64,000 nucleotides of DNA, taken from an uncultured Candidatus Peribacteria bacterium (GTDB lineage: Bacteria > Patescibacteriota > Gracilibacteria > RBG-16-42-10). The stretch's first letter is position 1. Every line of letters starts with the position of its first letter. The notes beneath the pieces are model-generated. The model did no database searches and was not told where the DNA came from. It saw nothing but the letters and a program-made list of their open reading frames with translations. Shown here one piece after another: positions 59,169 through 64,000 of the stretch. The stretch covers positions 1-64,000 of the forward strand of contig CAZERA010000004.1 of NCBI GenBank assembly GCA_964514565.1, in the 5' to 3' direction. The position numbers and the translations under genes are program-made.

Positions 59169-59197
59169 TTGACGAACAATCGTGTCCCTATTAGTCT
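59169..59197 (+). promoter_or_regulatory. Probable uvrA promoter
   Basis: TTGACG-N17-TAGTCT. Confidence 0.5.
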
Positions 59198-59225
59198 GAA
59201 TCGTAACAAATAACCTATTTTTGCT

Positions 59226-62096
59226 GTGGCTTCAGATAAAATAGTGATACACGGTGCACGTGTACACAATCTTAAAAATATAGATTTGGAATTGCCTCGG
59301 GAGAAGCTGATAGTCATGACTGGACTATCAGGCTCAGGTAAGTCTTCTTTGGCGTTTGATACTATTTATGCAGAGGGCCAAAGACGCTATGTGGAGAGTC
59401 TTTCTACCTATGCCCGTCAGTTTTTGGAGTTGATGGAAAAGCCGGATGTGGATCAAATCGATGGTCTCTCACCTGCTATTTCAATTGACCAAAAGAGTAC
59501 TTCTCGTAATCCCCGCTCTACAGTAGGAACTGTGACTGAGATTTATGATTATTTACGTTTGTTGTTTGCCAAAGTAGGTCAACCACATTGTCCTAATTGT
59601 GGTCGCCCTGTTACTAAGCAAACAATTCAACAAATTACTGATCAGGTCGCTTCTATGCCAGTAGGCAATAAGCTCATGCTGCTGGCTCCGCTGGTCAAAG
59701 ATCGCAAGGGTGAACACATGAAAGTATTCGATCAGATTCGTAAAGGTGGCTTTATTCGTATGCGTGTGGATGGTCAGATTTATAATATTTCTGATGCAGT
59801 TTCACTGGATAAAAATCAAACGCACTCTATTGATGTGGTCGTAGATCGTTTGGTGGCCAAAGAGAAATACGAGGCTGAGGACATGACTCGTCTTTCTGAC
59901 TCTGTTGAATTAGCTCTTGGCCTGGGTGAAGGCATGATGTCGGTCGTCGATATGACTGTTGATGATGAAAAGATCTATAGTGAGCATTTTGCGTGTGTGT
60001 ACTGTAATATCAGCCTTCCTGAGATCTCTCCTCGAAGCTTTTCGTTCAATAGTCCTCATGGTGCTTGTAATATCTGTCATGGTCTGGGAACTAAACTAGA
60101 GGTAGATACTGCTTTGATTATTCCCAATCCCCGACTCACTTTAGCTGAGGGAGCAATCGTGCCTTGGGCTAAAACTGCATCTAGACTGAGTTGGTACAAT
60201 CGTATTTTGAAAGAGGTTGGGCAGCTGCATGACTTTGATCTCAATACTCCTTATAAAGATCTCAATGAAGAGGTCCGCAAAATTGTACTTTATGGTACTG
60301 GTACTGAGTCTTATCATCTCAAGGGAGTGAAAGATTACAACTTTGAAGGCAATCTCAAGGTCACTTATGAAGGTGTCATTCCTAACTTGGAGCGTCGCTA
60401 CAATGAGACTGATTCGGATTATGTCCGCAAAGAAATTGAGAAGTACATGCAGATTTTGACTTGTCCAGATTGTCGCGGTATGCGGCTCAAAAAAGAAATC
60501 TTGGCCGTAAAAATTGCTGATCAGTCGATTATTGATGTAACTCAATTGTCTGTTGCTCGTGCTGATACTTTTTTCCGTACCTTACCTTTCAGCGATTTTC
60601 AGAAAAAAGTAGCAGAAAGAATCATCAAAGAAATTACTGATCGTTTGTCTTTCCTCCAAAATGTGGGACTCAACTACCTGACCCTTTCTCGTTCGGCTAG
60701 TACCCTTTCTGGTGGAGAGGCGCAACGTATTCGTTTGGCTACTCAGATTGGTTCACAGTTGCTTGGGGTCCTGTATGTCTTGGATGAACCATCAATTGGT
60801 CTCCATCAAAGAGACAATGATCGTTTGATCGCTACTCTAAAACGCCTAAGAGATCTTGGTAATACTGTGATTGTAGTGGAGCATGATACCGATACTATGT
60901 TGGCTTCAGATTATATTGTGGATATTGGTCCAGGCGCTGGTAAACATGGAGGTCGAGTAATTTCACAAGGCACACCTGATGAAGTGATGAATGATCCCAA
61001 TTCGATTACAGGTCAATATTTGTCTGGTAGGAAGCTGATTACTTCACCCAAGCATCGTCGTGAAGGAAACAATAAGCATATTCATATCAAAGGTGCGATA
61101 GAACATAATCTCAAGGATGTCTCAGTGTCTTTGCCTCTTGGTAAGTTCATCGCCGTTACTGGTGTGTCAGGATCAGGTAAGTCTACTTTGATCAATGAGA
61201 TTTTAGTGAAAGCGATTACAAACCATATCAATGGTTCTAGTAAACCTACTGGTGCTTATGGGCAGATCACTGGTTTTGAAAACATTGATAAGATCATCAG
61301 TATCGATCAGAAACCAATCGGTCGTACTCCTCGTTCCAATCCTGCTACCTACACTGGTGTATTTACAGACATTCGTGAATTATTTGCTGCTACACCTGAA
61401 GCACGTACGCGTGGTTACAAGTCTGGTCGTTTTAGTTTTAATGTCAAAGGTGGCCGTTGTGAGACATGTCATGGAGACGGTATCGTCAGAATTGAAATGC
61501 ACTTTTTGCCTGATCTCTATGTGCCATGTGAAGTATGTAAAGGCCAACGCTACAACCGTGAAGCTCTAGAGATCCATTACAAAGCAAAGAATATTGCGCA
61601 GGTATTGGATATGACAGTCGAAGATGCGGTTACTTTCTTTGCAGCAGTCCCTAGAATCAAAGAGATCCTAGATACTTTGCTCGAAGTCGGTTTGGGCTAT
61701 ATCAAACTAGGCCAACAAGCGAATACTCTCTCAGGTGGTGAAGCTCAACGTATCAAGCTGGCAACAGAATTAGCTCGTCGAAGCACGGGGCGAACATTGT
61801 ATGTACTTGATGAACCCACTACTGGTCTTCATTTCGCTGACGTAGAGAGACTACTCAATGTCCTCAACAAACTAGTCGAAGGCGGCAACACAGTACTGAC
61901 GATTGAACACAATCTAGACGTGATCAAATCAGTAGACTGGGTGATCGATCTAGGTCCAGAAGGTGGTGAAGGTGGTGGAGAAATATTAGCTGAAGGAACC
62001 CCAGAAGAAGTGATGAAGGTCAAAGGCTCATACACAGGCAAATACCTCAAGATCCTAGTAGAAAGAGAAAAAGAATTGCAAGCAAAACTAAAGTAA
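59226..62096 (+). CDS. uvrA: Excinuclease ABC subunit A
   Basis: GLSGSGKSSLAFDTIYAEGQRRY, two ABC modules, zinc fingers, LSGGEAQRI. Confidence 0.98.
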   Translation: MASDKIVIHGARVHNLKNIDLELPREKLIVMTGLSGSGKSSLAFDTIYAEGQRRYVESLSTYARQFLELMEKPDVDQIDGLSPAISIDQKSTSRNPRSTVGTVTEIYDYLRLLFAKVGQPHCPNCGRPVTKQTIQQITDQVASMPVGNKLMLLAPLVKDRKGEHMKVFDQIRKGGFIRMRVDGQIYNISDAVSLDKNQTHSIDVVVDRLVAKEKYEAEDMTRLSDSVELALGLGEGMMSVVDMTVDDEKIYSEHFACVYCNISLPEISPRSFSFNSPHGACNICHGLGTKLEVDTALIIPNPRLTLAEGAIVPWAKTASRLSWYNRILKEVGQLHDFDLNTPYKDLNEEVRKIVLYGTGTESYHLKGVKDYNFEGNLKVTYEGVIPNLERRYNETDSDYVRKEIEKYMQILTCPDCRGMRLKKEILAVKIADQSIIDVTQLSVARADTFFRTLPFSDFQKKVAERIIKEITDRLSFLQNVGLNYLTLSRSASTLSGGEAQRIRLATQIGSQLLGVLYVLDEPSIGLHQRDNDRLIATLKRLRDLGNTVIVVEHDTDTMLASDYIVDIGPGAGKHGGRVISQGTPDEVMNDPNSITGQYLSGRKLITSPKHRREGNNKHIHIKGAIEHNLKDVSVSLPLGKFIAVTGVSGSGKSTLINEILVKAITNHINGSSKPTGAYGQITGFENIDKIISIDQKPIGRTPRSNPATYTGVFTDIRELFAATPEARTRGYKSGRFSFNVKGGRCETCHGDGIVRIEMHFLPDLYVPCEVCKGQRYNREALEIHYKAKNIAQVLDMTVEDAVTFFAAVPRIKEILDTLLEVGLGYIKLGQQANTLSGGEAQRIKLATELARRSTGRTLYVLDEPTTGLHFADVERLLNVLNKLVEGGNTVLTIEHNLDVIKSVDWVIDLGPEGGEGGGEILAEGTPEEVMKVKGSYTGKYLKILVEREKELQAKLK

Positions 62097-62110
62097 TAAG
62101 CAAAGAATTT

Positions 62111-62151
62111 AAAAGACTACAGTAAGGGCAAATGCCACCTGTAGTCTTTTT
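62111..62151. terminator. Bidirectional intrinsic terminator after uvrA
   Basis: AAAAGACTACAG...CTGTAGTCTTTTT. Confidence 0.82.
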
Positions 62152-62276
62152 CATATATCACCAAAAATTATTCTTATTCTAATCTTTATCCTTAGATCGC
62201 GTTTAGATTGTCATATCAAAAAAAGCAGATTTTCTTAAGAGATAGCTGCGATAAAAGCTGTCAGTATACGCGATCT

Positions 62277-62351
62277 TGGTGCCCCCAGAAGGAATCGAAC
62301 CTTCATAACCGGTTCCGAAGACCGGGACTCTATCCATTAAGCTATGGAGGC
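62277..62351 (-). tRNA. tRNA-Arg(TCG)
   Basis: CCGGT-CTTCGGA-ACCGG anticodon arm; GGTTCGATTCC T-arm; CCA end, 75 nt. Confidence 0.93.
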
Positions 62352-62413
62352 AGGTACAAGACTTATAGCACATGCTGCCATAAAAATTAAGTAGATCTGT
62401 GATATTGGTCTAC

Positions 62414-63322
62414 TTAATATTCACCTCTGATCATGGCAAGAGCAATTTTCTCTCGGACTGGATAATCAGTAGCGTTGGCTTTTTGGGGATTGTTGAGAAT
62501 ATCAACTCCCAATAAACCAATACATCGTAAAGCCCATACTGCTTGAACAGCTGCTTCCCCGTGCTGTGTTTTCAACAGTTTTAGTTCTTTGATAATCAAT
62601 GGCAAAGCTGCTTCTGGATCTGGATGTTCTAGTAAGGCAAAATCAAGGGCTCTGAGTACATCATAGAATGCTGCGCCAGGTCTTGGCTCAACAGTGAGAT
62701 CTAGTAGATGAGGTTGTTGCTGACGATCCAAAATAATATGTTCGCCATGAATATTGCCATGCACGAAACCAAAAAATTTTTGGGGATCTTGTCTGGCTAG
62801 TGCAAATAAAGTGTTTGAGAGTTGAAACGCTTCTGTGGGACTGAGTAATCCTTTTGCCATAATCTTTTCGATCCAAGCATGAAATACTCTTCCCATCCAT
62901 CCATACGCTTGTTCTGTGTCGATATGTGATGGGAGGGTGTGATCTTTTTGGCATTCTTGCACAAAATTTTGATAGTCAGTACAAACTGCTTTACTAATGC
63001 TAATCGTCCGAGCTAGATCAGTTCGATACAGTTTTTTTAGTTCCTGACCCTCAATATACTCCAGTAGTAAATATTCTGGATTAGTAATTGCACTAGTGGG
63101 GTAAAATAGTTTTTGAGTTTTGAAACTAGTGCTACCTTTCCTTAAAGCGGCAACAAGTAACAATCGTAATTGATATCGTTCAATTTTGGCACTTTTAAGG
63201 ACCATTAAGCTTCCATCTGGGCCAATCACTTTGCGATTGTGTGATCGACCGTTCAGTACTTCACCTGTATCAGTGAGTTTATGATGAGCTATCGCTTGTT
63301 GTACTGGAGATAGGTTTCTCAA
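62414..63322 (-). CDS. APH/kinase-like phosphotransferase family protein
   Basis: MVLK, YLLLEYIEG, FVHGNIHGEHII, LLDL, FYD. Confidence 0.7.
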   Translation of the reverse strand: MRNLSPVQQAIAHHKLTDTGEVLNGRSHNRKVIGPDGSLMVLKSAKIERYQLRLLLVAALRKGSTSFKTQKLFYPTSAITNPEYLLLEYIEGQELKKLYRTDLARTISISKAVCTDYQNFVQECQKDHTLPSHIDTEQAYGWMGRVFHAWIEKIMAKGLLSPTEAFQLSNTLFALARQDPQKFFGFVHGNIHGEHIILDRQQQPHLLDLTVEPRPGAAFYDVLRALDFALLEHPDPEAALPLIIKELKLLKTQHGEAAVQAVWALRCIGLLGVDILNNPQKANATDYPVREKIALAMIRGEY

Positions 63323-63324
63323 GA

Positions 63325-64000
63325 TTAGTAGGTTGCTTCTATGAGGGCTTTACGAATTCTATTTCTAGCTTCTCTTTTGTATATATCTTCTGGCGGATCT
63401 TTTTGAATATCAGTACCAATTGCCAACATTCTTGCTCTGAGCACTGGCATTAGTAATGTGGGATCAAATTCCTCTTTGAGCCTTCTTACTGCGACCGATA
63501 AGCTTTCTCCAAGTTGAGCTGGTGTATGGCTATGTGCCACAATTGAATCTAACCCTCTGACTTTATCATAAAAACCTCTACCAGGTTTTACTTGAGCGTT
63601 GAGATCAAGCAAGTAAGGTTTTACTTCTTTGCGTTTGTTTTCAGGTAATACTTTTAAATCTGGTGTTAGAATATGTTTAGCATGAATGTCTCCATGGGCA
63701 AATCCAATATATTCTTTCCCGTACTTTCTATAATTGTTGCTTAAATCAAGCACAATTTGGGTGATCGCTCGAGCTGAAGCAGGTGTGGTTCTCATCATTT
63801 TTGCTTCCCATACAGCTACTGCGGCTAAAAAACGGGCCATTCCTCTAGCAGCAACAACTGCAGAAATTGTAGTTGTTGGTATATATGCTTTTAAAACAGA
63901 TTGATAATCATTTGCTGTTGCAAGTAGAATACCTACCGCTTCTTCATTTCCACCAAAAAACATGCCCTCAGTCCTTTTGTTTACTTTAGTTACTTCTGAA
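63325..64000 (-). CDS. APH/kinase-like phosphotransferase paralogue, 5' end beyond the window
   Basis: FAHGDIHAKHIL, YLLDL, PG..FYD; reading frame stays open upstream of ATG63963 to the window edge. Confidence 0.65.
   Translation of the reverse strand, partial: SEVTKVNKRTEGMFFGGNEEAVGILLATANDYQSVLKAYIPTTTISAVVAARGMARFLAAVAVWEAKMMRTTPASARAITQIVLDLSNNYRKYGKEYIGFAHGDIHAKHILTPDLKVLPENKRKEVKPYLLDLNAQVKPGRGFYDKVRGLDSIVAHSHTPAQLGESLSVAVRRLKEEFDPTLLMPVLRARMLAIGTDIQKDPPEDIYKREARNRIRKALIEATY

Noticed and set aside
59172..59188. LexA (Cheo) box upstream of uvrA
   Set aside because: GAAC-N4-GTGT matches only one half of GAAC-N4-GTTC; insufficient support

Overview
Gene-dense, AT-rich bacterial chromosome segment read with genetic code 11: TGA is used as a stop, and prfB carries the CTT-TGA-C +1 frameshift. 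The gene repertoire points, by inference only, to a Patescibacteria/CPR genome of the Peregrinibacteria/Abawacabacteria type. That repertoire includes Thermus/eukaryote-type ProS, a large Cys-rich protein next to a TrmB regulator, SLH surface proteins, a sortase, a pilin-like domain and tRNA-Arg(UCG). Housekeeping genes: prmC, der, rplI, secG, mreB, proS, trxB, greA, rpmA, murJ, ftsH, tilS, prfB, uvrA and six tRNAs (Cys partial, Lys, Gly, Leu, Phe, Arg). Most notable observations: (1) a divergent RelA/SpoT-synthetase-domain gene wedged antisense, with almost no spacer, inside an ABC-2 transporter operon; (2) a 1799-aa M48 peptidase + ABC1/UbiB kinase fusion; (3) a full-length HisRS paralogue with eroded catalytic motifs; (4) a tRNA-Gly 5' half-copy carrying a 22-nt double-hairpin insertion in its D-loop; (5) a beta-barrel-like protein paired with a 10-repeat Cys-stapled PKD adhesin; (6) a frameshifted SemiSWEET missed by the ORF track, preceded by twin palindromes; (7) three families of dispersed heptamer-periodic intergenic repeats. 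No CRISPR array, transposase, integrase or reverse transcriptase was seen. All calls come from motif recognition by eye; no database search was run.
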